Translations under genes and position numbers: made by a program
Part shown: piece after piece, positions 13,113-25,597 of the stretch
Numbering within the stretch: position 1 is the first letter of the stretch
How the letters are laid out: every line of letters starts with the position of its first letter
The notes under the pieces: generated by a model
Seen by the model: the letters and a program-made list of their open reading frames with translations, nothing else
Told to the model about the DNA's origin: nothing
The model's database searches: none
NCBI GenBank assembly: GCA_030265395.1
Contig: JARFYF010000017.1
Coordinates: 42,839,889-42,903,888 of the forward strand
Length of the DNA stretch: 64,000 nucleotides
DNA from: Rhina ancylostomus
Lineage: Eukaryota
Direction: 5' to 3'

Positions 13113-13802
13113 GTAAGGAATTTTTCCAATTTGATGTCAATGATTGAAAGGTGGTTATGTGTTGCCCTCTTCCCTACTAATTTTGATATTAATTATATTG
13201 AGCTTAATTGTGTATTTAGCACGTTGATGAACTTGCTGTTGATTTTGGCAGTCAGCACTAAACTGTTAGGTATAAAATGATCATTCCAGTTACGGGAAAC
13301 AAGTGTTGAGCCAGGTGGAGTACAGTATACTCTATATCCGTTGGAGAGTTTAATTGGGATTTTTGTTCGTCGCCCTTTTCGTACTTGTTTTCAATCTAAT
13401 TGCACAGAAATTTAGACAGTAGCTTGCTGTGATGACAGCTCTTTAGAGAACCTGTTTTATTTAAGAGCAGCTGTGGGTAACTTTTTATTCCTTTTGCCTT
13501 CTCTCTGGTGAGAACAAGTTGCTACTTAATTTTTCCCCTTCATAACACAACAGAAAGCACAACTTGCCAAGTTTCTTTGAGATGTTCTACCCAAGTCTTA
13601 ATAGGAATCAAAGGCAGGAATAAGCTTGATTAATTGAATAACATTCACTGCTGCCAAATAATTTGTTTCCAATGTATGACCCTATGGTAGATACTGAGGT
13701 GATTTCTGTGTGTGAAATCCAACAATGCCATTTTCCTTTTAGGATTAACTGTAGTTTACAGTTAATAAAACTTGCATTAGAATTGCTTTCTTTCCTTGGC
13801 AG

Positions 13803-13962
13803 CCTTTCACCAATGGCTTGGTGACAGTGATGGTCCCACAGTTACGTCGTGGTGAGAACAGCCTTCTACTCTGGAACATATTAGATTTAAATGTTCCAGT
13901 CCATACCTTTGTTGGACATGATGATGTGGTACTAGAATTTCAGTGGCGTAAACAGATGGAAG
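13803..13962 (+). CDS. WDR59: WDR59 exon 10 (PFTNGLVTVMVPQLRRGENSLLLWN...GHDDVVLEFQWRKQME)
   Basis: cag|CCT...GAAG|gtaaga, 160 nt. Confidence 0.96.
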
Positions 13963-14660
13963 GTAAGAGCTCCAAGGTAAAAACAAGTGGTTCTTGAATC
14001 CTTAGATGAGATTTAATCTGTAAAATAGCTTTGATATTTTGTTCTTTAATCTGTTGACTGTTTCCCCTCTCTCTCCCTTGCTATCTTTTTCTTTATGCCT
14101 CTCTTTTATTGTTGAGCTTGATGGGAGCTTACTATTCAGTCCAGCAAAATAATCTGCATAAATGCTCTTCTCCCTCTTGATTCCTGTACTGCTCTTGTGC
14201 TGTCAGGCTATTTCTCCAGTGCTGAGTAGTCGGTGAGCAGTCAGTTCCTCCAACTTGCCAAAAACCCACAACCCTCACCTAGAAACAAAACACTGCCGAT
14301 TCTGGAAATCTGCACAAAATACCTCAAATACTTAGTAGGTATAGAAGCATTTGTTCAGAAAGAAACAGAAGTAATGTTTCTCAAGCTTGACCTTTATTTG
14401 GTAATACCTTCATCCCTGAATAACGCCCATCCCCTAGTCAGGCTGTTCACAACCTCTGGATCTCACTGAATCAATAATTTTCCCCATCACAACAATTGCC
14501 TAATTCTCAATCTGCCATAGAAACCCACGCTAATGCAAAAGACCTCTCCAGACTTGCTTATCCCAATGAAGTTCTGGCCACCATTTTATCTCTATTTTAA
14601 AAGTCAGATGCTCATTTCCTAACCTGCCCAAAGTCGTGTTCACTTTTAACCCTATCCTTA

Positions 14661-14944
14661 TAAGATAGGATATCTTTATTAGTCACATGTACATTGAAAC
14701 ACACAGTGAAATACATCTTTTTGCGTTGAGTGTTCTGGGGGCAGCCCGCAAGTGCAGCCATGCTTCCTGCACCAACATAACATGCCCACAACTTCCTAAC
14801 CCGTACATCTTTGGAATGTAGGAGCAAACCCACACAGACACGGGGAGAACGTACAAACTCCTTACAGACAGCGGCAGGAATTGAATCTGGGTCGCTGGCG
14901 CTGTAATAGTGTTACACTAACCGCTACACTACTGCGCCTGCCCT
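14661..14944 (-). mobile_element. V-SINE, same family as 1833-2121
   Basis: Reverse complement aligns with the 1833 copy from head to tail, with part of the V core deleted. Confidence 0.85.
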
Positions 14945-15621
14945 AAACCTGAAGTGCTGAAGATTACTAATTCCTTCTTGTTACTTAAGTATGTCACTAT
15001 CTCAGCAATCTCCTACATGCCTCTTTTGAACTGTTCTTTCCTTTGACTCTAATCGGTGCATTTCCACCTTTCTTGAACCACCACTTTTGTGACAATTACC
15101 ATTATGCAGGAATTCCAACATTGGAATTAGCTGCATAAATTTCATTAGCTCTCCACCTCTCTTTCATATCACCCACTTCTTTGACTAGGCTTTTAACCAT
15201 TTCTCAACTATCCCTCTTTAGCTTGCTGTCCTTTTGCCCTTGTACTTTTGATAAATCCAAACAATGTAGAAATATCCACCAGATAAATGCAAGCTGCTGT
15301 AGTTTTCCTAGGTTTACATATATATCTACAGCTAGTGAGTTTCTTGTAAATAATCAAATTCTGAAGAATATTCATTGTTAAATTGCATTGCTAATTAAAA
15401 TAAATCGTTTTGGCACATCCTGGGCTTGGATAGACTAGTGTCATTGTACTGAAGAAGAGACTCCTTTTTTTCCCATTTCATGCACTCTTATAACAAATAC
15501 TTTTAGGTTGTATATAGCAGAGTCAGAAGGTTATTTATTCTATAACCCAAGTCCAGAAGAACTCTTATTTCTCCATTTTCCTCCTCATTTATCATTGTAG
15601 TTTATTAGTAAGATTGTTAAT

Positions 15622-15804
15622 GTGAAAAACACTTTGATACTGGAGGAACTCAGCAGGCCAGGCAGCATCTGTGGAGAAAAGCAGGCAGTCAACGTTTCGG
15701 GTCAGAACGTTGACTGCCTGCTTTTCTCCACGGATTCTGCCTGGCCTGCTGAGTTCCTCCAGCATCATAGAGTTTTTCATCCAGATTCCAACATCTGCAG
15801 TCCT
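15622..15804. mobile_element. Fold-back (palindromic) mini-element derived from the Penelope terminal repeat
   Basis: ~75-bp inverted arms (15622-15696 and 15706-15780), about 6 mismatches; flanking direct repeat ttgttaatgtg at 15614 and 15805. Confidence 0.8.
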
Positions 15805-16379
15805 TTGTTAATGTGGTGTAACTCGAAGCTTGTGTACCAAATTGCTTTCCTCTCGCCATACCTGAGAACTACTGTAGTCGTTATCTAAAGTACTATATTA
15901 GGATCATTTACCTTTAGTAAACTTACCATTAAAAAAATTTCGACGATTTTAATGTGGGTATAATTGGATAGTCATTAGAGAGGATGTACTTTTGTAGTAC
16001 CCTTACTACAACTCAAAGTACATCTCAAAGGATGCTTCATTGAACAATATGAAAGCAAAATGGCTCTGAAACTCATTGTCTAAGAAACAGAAGCTTTAAG
16101 ACAAAGCCACGGATACATGTTCTGGCATTGTTTAACATGATTTGAATAGTTTTCCGATCTGAACTTTCATTTGGGGTGATTGTAATGATCTTGACTGTGC
16201 AATTTTAATGATTTACATTTTAAACATAGTGTTCCCCATGTGCAAGCACCGTGCCAAGTGTTTGTGCAGTTCATCTGTCGACAGGATTTTTTTGGCTATT
16301 TTTTCATGGTAGTTGTAGATGCATAGAATATTTTATCTGGAAGGAAACTCCATTAACTCTGATCTGCTGTTTCCTGCAG

Positions 16380-16459
16380 ACATGAAGGACTATCAGTTAG
16401 TTACCTGGTCACGTGACCAGACACTGCGGATGTGGCGGATTGATATGCAATTACACAAG
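16380..16459 (+). CDS. WDR59: WDR59 exon 11 (MKDYQLVTWSRDQTLRMWRIDMQLHK)
   Basis: cag|AC...AAG|gtcagt, 80 nt. Confidence 0.95.
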
Positions 16460-17405
16460 GTCAGTGGTTTCCCACTTAATGGTGTACGCTGCTGTTCCCA
16501 TGCCCTTGTTTCAACCATTCCTTTACCTTACCAATAATTGGCAGTTCCCTCGGTGTAGAAAATGTTCAGAAAATGGTTTTACAAAGGTTGAGGGCCATGT
16601 CAGGTTTCTCTAACAGCAAGATTGACATGTAGATCTTGACTATATTGCATTCCTGTGCTTGACTGGAGGGGATAGAAGGTGACCAAATTCCATTCCTTAT
16701 TCAGTTGTTTGAATACAATTTTAGAGTAAGTGTGACTTTTTCTCTGAATATTATATCAGCTTATCCCTTTTAACTAAACATTGCAAAGCCAGAAACTGGA
16801 ATTGAAAGTGGTTATATATTGGTAAACTAAATTGCTACTCAATGCTTATGCATGAGGCTACATTGTACATATAGCTTATTTAATAGTTGGAATGGGCATA
16901 GACTATGCCTATTAAAGCTTTCCTCACAGGGATGGAGTAACATACAAGTGTCAACTGTGGTTTTAATAGTATCACCCATGTCTCTGCTAGGTGTTTGTAG
17001 GTTCAAGACCCACTTTGGGGACTTGAGCATGACCAAGGCAGGCACTACAGTTCAGTACTGATAGCATCTCCAACAATGTAGAATTCTATCTTCCAATGAG
17101 GTAATAAACTGTAGCTGCAGTTTAAGTAGACATAACACATCACGTGATACTACTTTGAAGAAGAGTTAAGAGAATTATTCCAGATGTCTTGGTCTAAATT
17201 TATCTTTCAAAAATATCTGGTCATGGTTACATAGTTGTTCATAGGGGTTTGCCCTTATTTAGTAATTGAAATGGGGAAGACGGTGCGTTGGCAGGCTTTG
17301 ATTGTGTGGCATTTGGAATGTGGAGCCTATGGTTATTTGTTTTACTGGTTGAGTTTTCAATGCATCTTCAGCAACATGAGGTTTTGATCAGCTATTTTGT
17401 TCCAG

Positions 17406-17541
17406 CTCTGTGCAAATGACATGTTGGATGGCGATGAGTTAATTGATGGTGTTTCCCTGCTCCCAGAGACAGATAAAGCCCTTCATTCACAGGATACAGA
17501 TCCTCACCCACCGTTAAGTCACGTAAATGAGGAGGATGAAG
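17406..17541 (+). CDS. WDR59: WDR59 exon 12 (LCANDMLDGDELIDGVSLLPETDKALH...EEDE)
   Basis: cag|CTC...GAAG|gtaagg, 136 nt. Confidence 0.93.
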
Positions 17542-18791
17542 GTAAGGCTGTTGCTAACTTCTAATTATCTATACTGTGCTTGTTTCTGTGAACCACTGAC
17601 TTAGTATTTGGAAAATGGAGACTTGAAGGCCAAACGTCAGCACTGAAACTGGTTAAAAACCCAAAGTCTTAGAATTTAAGAAGCTAATCTACAAAATCTC
17701 CTGATCTAATCCCAACTTTTTTTTGATTTTCAGTTATTTGCCATTGTTCTTCATTTCTTATTCAGATGCGTCCTTTGTACATCATCAGTTGGAAGTACAA
17801 ATGTGTTGTCATATATTGAAAGGGCAGCAAAAAGGGGGATTTAATGATATTTCCATTATTTTGCTTCAGTTTAACTATCTGCTGGCCATTGGCCATCTTG
17901 AGTCTGACTCTGGTTGCCAGCCAATGGTTATGCAGAACTGAGGAAGAAATGCCTACTAACCTACTAATTATCACCATTGAATTGGAATGTTTTTTTGTCT
18001 GATTTCTACAGTTCATTTGGCTGTAGTGTCAGCCTTTCGACAAACACAGGCTGCATCAGTCTCGAAACCAGCACTGGCATCACGTTTGCAATTTAAAAAG
18101 TGACCTATCTTTGCCGCACTAACTAAATTATGATGAATGTATTCTGCAATGATTTTGTAAAAGTTCTTGATAATGAGCTGACGAAGCAGTAGCTATAACA
18201 ATGAGCAAGTTAATTTGGAATTTTATTATCTATATTATAGATTTAAAATAGAGAGGATGCAAAACCTCAGTGCAATTTTAAAAGTTTTTTAAACTTGAAA
18301 GACAAATTAAAAGAAGGACAACTTAAAAATGGACAACTGCAAATATTTTATTTCTTGATCATGTACTGAGTATAATTCCCTTTGCATTGTGCACTTAGCA
18401 GATATGTATCTATATTGAGTACTTGTTGCTCTTTCCTGTGTTTGTAATGTTAATTTTATACTTACTAATTTGCGTTTGGTAGCCATTTTGAGGAACTATA
18501 TATGATATACCTGTGAAATTGGGAGGTAGGAATATTTTAGTAATAAAATTTACCAAGTGAATTTCTATATAATGTACATGGGTTGTCCACTATAGGAGTT
18601 CATTCATTATGTTCTCTTCCAGTTAAGCAATAGGTCTTGGTCACAACTCTCTTCCACTGCATTTTATGAGACATAATTGTGTTCCATGCTGTTGATCACC
18701 ATTTTTGTTTTCTGCCCACCCATTTGTGTTTCTTTAATCAGTTATATGCATTGTTTGGACTAAAGTAACTCTCCATATCCCTTTACTTCAG

Positions 18792-18919
18792 CACTGAGGG
18801 AAGATTTTCATAATCATGCAACTATCAGTTCTAAACCAGATTACCTTGGACTACCGCAGACATTGCAACAAGAATTCTCATTGGTTAATCTTCAAATCCG
18901 CAATGTGATGGTAGATGAG
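18792..18919 (+). CDS. WDR59: WDR59 exon 13 (LREDF...LGLPQTLQQEFSLVNLQIRNVMVDE), start of RWD domain
   Basis: cag|CA...GAG|gtatga, 128 nt. Confidence 0.94.
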
Positions 18920-19694
18920 GTATGATTGAAAGCATTGATTCATTGCAGTAGTGATTGGGCTGACTTCCTCTGGTCTTTGCAGGCCCAACTCAATCTCCAG
19001 CAATATTTCTTAAAATGTTAAATGAGAAGAATATGTCTATTTTAAAGAATTTGAGACTTGTGTTTTTCTTTGTATTTTCCTTTTATTCTGAATTGTACAC
19101 ATTAATAGTACAAAATAGGTTTGCCACTAATGAAATGGAAGTATTACTAATACTAAATATATTTACACCTTATTACACAAGGTTTCCTTTACTAAAACGT
19201 ACCTGACAGAGTGCCTCACTTTACAACAAAAGTCAGTGGGGCCATTCTTGTTAAGAATTGAGTTTTGAATTTAGAAGTTCAGACTTTGGGAAATCAGTCG
19301 TGGTTTGGAGGCAAGTGTGTGTGTGTGTATACTCCTTTCTCTTTGCCTCCACACGACTGATTCACTGACTCTTTTATTAGGGGTAGCCACTTCTGTTTTT
19401 AATCAACTGACTTCCAGAATAAATTTGATGGAAATAATAATATGGGATGTGTTGTGCCCTGTGTATATCTATATTTGGACTCATTCAAGTACTGAGTTAC
19501 TGTTGAACTTTTATTGTACTTTCCAATTTTTAATAGAAAATCTATCTTCAAGAGTGGTGCAAGATATATTCCATTTTAGATACAAGTTCAGTGAAAATTA
19601 AATTTCTCCTGAATGTCTTTTGGATCATTATAATTTTAATCTTTATTTACACTGGGCAAATAATACAAATGTTGCAATGTTTTTTATGGTACAG

Positions 19695-19859
19695 ATGGAT
19701 GCTATAAATCGCAACTGCACAGTCTCGGTGCATTGCGGTAATCTACGAGTGAAGATGGTTGTGATATTTCCAGTGCAGTACCCAAACAACGCTGCCCCTT
19801 CTTTCCAGTTCATTAATCCCACCACCATCAGTTCCAGCATGAGGACTAAACTCCTTAAG
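19695..19859 (+). CDS. WDR59: WDR59 exon 14 (MDAINRNCTVSVHC...FPVQYPNNAAPSFQF...KLLK), RWD domain; GC donor
   Basis: cag|ATG...AAG|gcaag, 165 nt; YPxxxxP RWD-type motif. Confidence 0.94.
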
Positions 19860-20502
19860 GCAAGNNNNNNNNNNCAAAGAATCTGGCTGTCGACTTCCAT
19901 ATTCTACCCCAAAATCCTCCCCACCCGCCTCACTCCACACTGTTAAATGAGTGAAGAACACTCTGTGAGAATGTTGATAATAAGTGTGCTAATTTCAAAT
20001 GCAGTGTTAAGATGAGGTTCTGTCTGCCTTTTCTGATGGATTAGTTGAAGAGCTTGGAGCTTTCCTGGTATTCTGTCACTACAAGCAGATTAATTGGTCC
20101 ACTTCATCACTTTTTTGGGGGTTTTTGCTGTGCACAAAATGGTTGCTTTTCCATTTAAGCAATCAAATTAATGAATTGCATATGAAATGTTCTTGACCAG
20201 ACAATAACGTACTATGTAAATGCTTGCGAGTGTGTACATTGCTGTGTGTGCATCTTAAGTGATTGAGGTGGTATATCTGTGGTTGATTTTACGTGTGGGT
20301 GCTTTTATATATCCTGTCTGTATGGTGTTAATTTTATTTGCCTGTACCTCTCACTTTCTCTTTATTTTTGTCATTATTACTGATGTTGTGTATTTTGTGT
20401 GTCTCTGTGTAAGGGAGTATGGTGTATTTTTGTGGTGGGCATGATCTCTGCTGTCCATTTGTTCCATTGTGAATTTTATAAACCTGTCAATTGTTGCTGC
20501 AG

Positions 20503-20598
20503 ATTCTGAAGGACACATCGCTCCAGAAGGTAAAGCGAAATCAGAGCTGCTTGGAACCCTGTCTACGCCAGCTGGTGTCTAGCCTGGAAGCCATTGTG
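20503..20598 (+). CDS. WDR59: WDR59 exon 15 (ILKDTSLQKVKRNQSCLEPCLRQLVSSLEAIV)
   Basis: cag|ATT...GTG|gtcaga, 96 nt. Confidence 0.95.
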
Positions 20599-22059
20599 GT
20601 CAGAGCACTTTGTGCAATATCATTGTTCATTACTGTATGGTAGATAAAATTCTATAGTATTTTCAAATTCAAAGTAGCTGGATGCATTTGTGCATGAGAT
20701 GGAGTGTCACAAGAATGGAAAAAGTCTTATTTACATCTGAAATGGGACCACAACTTAAATAATCTAATAGTCAAGTTAAGTGAAGCTCAGTATTTTTTTT
20801 GTCTTGTGAATTAGAAGGACTGCAACTGGTGAAAATATTCTGCCACCCAGCTTTTAACAAAAGTTGTTTTAAAAGTAATTTATTTGTCTGTTGTCTGCCA
20901 TCTCTGCTGCTCTTCACCTGTTTAGGAACTAGGCATGTGAAATTATGTGTCATTAATACTTGCTATTTTTATTGCAATGAGATGGCATAGAATTCCCTTT
21001 TTTTTCTTACCCCACTGGTGACAGGAAACAAGTTGAATCTTTACCTGTAAGGGGAAGGTAATTTATCGTTGAATATTGTCAACACATAAAAGAAACCCAG
21101 TGATGCCTGTCAGGATACACTAATCCTGGTGTTCTGGGGAGCTAAAATTGTCAAATGTCAGACTAGAAAGAGAAAGATTATTTCCTGCAACAGTAGGCTG
21201 CTTCTATCTCTGGCACTGTATAACTGTGTACAGTTGCATATAAAACTTCATGGGGCAATGCTGTAAATGCAAATAATTTACAAATTAAGAATTATATAAA
21301 AAAAATCTGTTCAAGTCAAAGCTTCATGGAAAAAATAGCTGTTGGTGATCAAAAAAACAATTCTGTTGGCAATTTAAAATGTACAGATTTTCAGAGAAGC
21401 TTTGCATTTTTGTATGCTTTATTTCTAATTGGCAGGATTGGATTGATAAAGGCAAATGCTTGGAATGAACTGTAGAATATGGATTTCCACTTTTATTTAC
21501 TTATTATTGTTTTTGCTGAGTTCCTGTAGAGATAGAACCTAATCAACCTCAAAACAAATTGAACTCACTGAACAGTCACCATTGTCCAAGACATTTCCAT
21601 AGATTATCTGTACTGCACAATAGGCAAAGAAGTCATTCAGGAATCCATGTTAGTAAAAATATTTAATCAGTAACGTACTTGGATTTAGCATTCTATCTAG
21701 AAATTCATGCTTTAAAAATCCTATTGACAATATCTCATAGGTGCTAAAAAGTTTAATGTACATTTAAAACATGTAATTAGTTATTTTGTAAAAATAATTT
21801 ATGAGTTAATCTTAGTGCATTATGTAAAATGCTGTCTCAGTTTCTGTCTTTTCTGAGACCTTGTTTCTGAAACAGATCACATCCCAGAGGCAAAATCTAG
21901 TCTAGTCTGTCTGCTTTTTCTCTATCTCTTTTGCTCTATCGCTCTTAGGCCACAGGATTAGAAAGATACAGCATTTACACCAATCCTACATTAATCCCAT
22001 TATTGTCCACAGATTCTCATCAACTCTCCCCAGATTCTCCCACTCACCTTCAAACCTGC

Positions 22060-22300
22060 AAACTACCTACACATGTAAATTTGGTATATTTGACAATAAT
22101 AAACCAATTTACCAATATTAGGAGCAACTTAGAGTGACCAATTAACCTCCCAATCTGCATGTTTTTGGTATGTAGGAGGAAACCTGAGCACCTTGAGATA
22201 AGCCACGTGAACACAGGGAGAATGTGCAAACTCCACACAGATAGGACCAAAGGTCAGGATTGAATGTGGGACTCTGGCACTGTGCTCTAGTGCTGTCCTA
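22060..22300 (-). mobile_element. Older V-SINE copy; similar fragments at 930-1020 and 48470-48655
   Basis: gtaggaggaaacctgagcacc...acagggagaatgtgcaaactccacacaga...ggattgaa. Confidence 0.65.
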
Positions 22301-23272
22301 AAATTGAAGATGACCTGCTACACTTCAGCTCTGCAGGCTTTGAGGTGTTTGCTGAGACATCTGCATGTTATGCCATAGCTGGGTCAGGAGTTTCTTAATG
22401 TGGGGATGCTTGGATTGTGTGAGAAATTCTATATCCCTGCGATTTTTGCTCTAATGGAAGAGGCTCAAGGTGCTTAGCATGTTCCTGGATGTTCCTTCTC
22501 CATTTTGATAGGTCAAGGTCCAACAATTCCCACAATACAATTCCGACAATTACTTTTTTTTTTAAGGAGGCTTTGAAAGCGTTCTTGAGGTTGTTTCTCT
22601 GTCCTTTTGGAAATCTCTTGATGTGATGGGGTTTGAATAGAGTGCCTTTTTCACAACTCTGGTGTCACTTAGTCCACTCCCCCCCCCCAGATCTGCCAAA
22701 TGTAATGGAGTGCCAGTGATGGAGGTGTTGGCCTAGGAGAGTTCACTTATCCTGCTCATGGATATGGTGGATTTTGTGGAGACAGTGTTGATCTGACATT
22801 TCCAATATCTTGAGATTTCTGTTTTTGGAGGTCCATGTCTCTGAAGTGTACAGCAGGATGGGGATCACTGCTTCCTGAAAGGCCATGAGCTTAGTGCTGG
22901 GTTTGAGGTTTCGATCTTTGAGCATTTGATGATTGAACTATTGTGTATAGATGATGCTTATGTTTGTGCACAATTGGAGGCCGAGTTCCACGTTATTATC
23001 GACTCTCTCACTGAGCTTACAAGTGAATGGACCTTACACTAAAAATCTGTATGATAAAGGTTCCGTACCAATCTGCCTTCTATATACAGCAACATCCTCC
23101 AGCAATAAAGATCCACAATAAGGTGAAGGAAAATGTAGTTCACTTTCCATACCTCAGGGCCACTTTTCATAAAGGCAAACATTCATGATGAAATTCATCT
23201 TTGCCTCTACTGCATCAGCACAGCCTTTGACTTTCTAAGGAAAAGAGAGTTTGAAGATCAAGATATCAAACT
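22300..23272 (-). mobile_element. RTE-clade LINE remnant with inverted 5' segment
   Basis: Minus 22925-22300 reads KDRNLKPSTKLMAFQEAVIPILLYTSETW; plus 22931-23272 reads ELLCIDD (YADD-like)...HFPYL...FEDQDIK. Confidence 0.65.
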
Positions 23273-23637
23273 CCATTGGTGTACTACAGAAGATAGAGGC
23301 TCGGCTTAGGTGATTAAATCATGGGGCCATTTGCTGCCTTGAGTGGATGTAAAAGAATCACATCTGTGGCAGAGTGTTGAGTTCTCTTGATGTCTTCTCT
23401 CAATGGGTCGCATCAAAACTAACATGGTGATTATTTTGTCTGTGAAAGTTTGCAGATCGGCTGCCATGTAATATCAGTGAATGTACAATTATGTTTCTGA
23501 GATGTGTCATTTTACTTGTTTTGCTTGGGTCTTCGTAGAAATACAAATTTCCATTTATGAGTGCTAAATAGAAACTGCAAGAGTGGCGTTTTCATGTTAT
23601 ATCACTGTTATCATAGCTTATGTTCTTTGACTTCTAG

Positions 23638-23803
23638 AATCAGGACAACAATGGTTCTGCTAACTCCCAGAATCCATTTGTCCTCGGAAACTCTGTGACT
23701 CCACCACTGCCGACTTTCCCAAGAGTTACTAACACGTATGGTTCCTACCAAGATGCAAACATTCCCTTTCCTCGCACTTCTGGAGCACGCTTCTGTGGAG
23801 CTG
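23638..23803 (+). CDS. WDR59: WDR59 exon 16 (NQDNNGS...YGSYQDANIPFPRTSGARFCGA)
   Basis: tag|AAT...GCTG|gttagt, 166 nt. Confidence 0.95.
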
Positions 23804-24019
23804 GTTAGTGACCTTAAATGGGTTTTATTTTATTTTATTTTATTTGTCATTTAAAGTAGGCTTCACTTGCCACGACAAAGGGCTGGGAAAACAGGTCCAT
23901 GAGAAACGTTAATATTTAAGTCTTTTTGATCAAGCTAATGGGAAGGAGTCTGTGAAATAAACAAGTCATTTGAAATGGGAGGGGGGAACCATCTTGGGCA
24001 CCTGTGTTCTTCCAGATGG

Positions 24020-25142
24020 CAACAATGGCCATTGGATGAATGACTTGGTGTAAGTCTGTGGACCTGATTGGAGGTTTGTAACCAGTGGTGTACCACAGGG
24101 ATTGGTGCTGGGACCTTTGCGTTTGTGATGTATATTAATGAATTAGATACAAATGTAGGAGGTATGGTTAGTAAGTTTGTGGATGACATGGAAATTGGAC
24201 AAGAATAGCGAGGAGGGTGGTCAAAGGTCACAGCAGAATGTAGTTCACCTGGAAAGTTGGGCAGAGTATTGGCAGTTGGAATTTACCAAGAAGGGTGAGG
24301 TATTGCATTTTGGGAAGTGAAATAAGGGTGGGACATGTCCAGTAATTGGGAGGGAATTAAGGAATGTTAATGANNNNNNNNNNNNNNNNNNNNNNNNNNN
24401 NNNNNNNNNNNNNNNNNNNNNNNNNNNNNNNNNNNNNNNNNNNNNNNNNNNNNNNNNNNNNNNNNNNNNNNNNAGTAACTGGGAGGGAATTAAGGAATGT
24501 TAATGAACAGCAGGAACATGGAGTTCAAGTCCATAGTTCCGTGAAAGTGGCAACATGGGTAGATAGGGTGATGAAAGGGGCATATGGCAGAGAATATAAA
24601 AGTTAGGAGGTTATGGTGCAACTTTGCAAAACACTTATAGGCTGCATTTGTAGTATTGGAAGGATGTGATTGTGCTGAAGAGCGTGCAGAGGAGATCCAC
24701 CAGGGTGTTGCCTAGAATGGAGGGCTTTAGTTATGGGGAGAGACTGGATAGGCTGAGCTTGTTTTCCCTGGAGTGAAGGAGGCTGAGAGGTGACCTGACA
24801 GAGGTATACAAAATTATAAGAGGCAGAGACAGGATGGATCATCAGATTCTCTTTTCCATGGTGGGCATATCGAAAACAAGAGAGTATAAGTCTTAAGGGG
24901 ATCTGAGGAGAAAATTTTATACACAGGGAGTGATTGGTATTTGGAACTTGCTGCCAGAGAATGTGGTAGAATCAGATAAAATCACTACATTTAAGAAGCA
25001 TTTAAACAGGTACTTGAATAGGCAAGACATAGAAGTATATGGACCTGATGTGGGTAAATGGGATTACTGTGGATGGGCAACAAGGTTTGCATTGATGGAG
25101 TGGGCCAAAAGGCCCGTTTCTGGGCTGTACAACTCTATGACT
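24020..25142 (+). mobile_element. 5'-truncated CR1 LINE
   Basis: SGVPQGLVLGP, YINELD, SKFVDD motifs; WNLLP near the ORF end; 3' tail aactctatgact. Confidence 0.85.
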
Positions 25143-25527
25143 TGTTTGAGATTATCAAAAGAAGTGCAATTTGCTTCTGTTTTATTGCAGTCTTACTGTG
25201 AGGAGATTGACAAGCTTTCAGTTTCTTGCCATCCACAGCAACTGGTATACACTGTGAAAGTCAAGGGTTTGCTGTACCTCCTGTCATATGAAATTTTGCA
25301 TTACAAAGGGTTCTTTGGAAAGGACAAAGTACTGACTGCCAGACAAGAATGCCCAAGCTGCCAAAATATTAGCAATTTTTTTAGCAAAGGAGAAGCAAAT
25401 AAATGAGAAGTATATCAAAATAAGGATAAAAGTAATGTCATTTCAGTCAGTTGTCAGAGCCTAAATCTGATTTGCATGTTGGTCCAAAACAAATGACGAC
25501 AAAATTAAGTGAATTTATGTTGTCTAG

Positions 25528-25597
25528 GTTATCTTGTATACTTCATGAGGCCAATGACTCTTCATCGGACAGTGTCTCCAACAGAACCCACGCCCAG
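25528..25597 (+). CDS. WDR59: WDR59 exon 17 (YLVYFMRPMTLHRTVSPTEPTPR)
   Basis: tag|GT...CAG|gtaaag, 70 nt. Confidence 0.95.

Noticed and set aside
24343-24503. ~30-bp direct repeat on both sides of a 100-N gap (also gtgcagat around 2348-2447)
   Set aside because: Typical unmerged contig overlap inside a CR1 element; an assembly artefact, not a biological duplication.
24930-25406. 158-aa ORF
   Set aside because: The N-terminal part is the CR1 ORF2 end (WNLLP) reading through into intron sequence; not a host gene.
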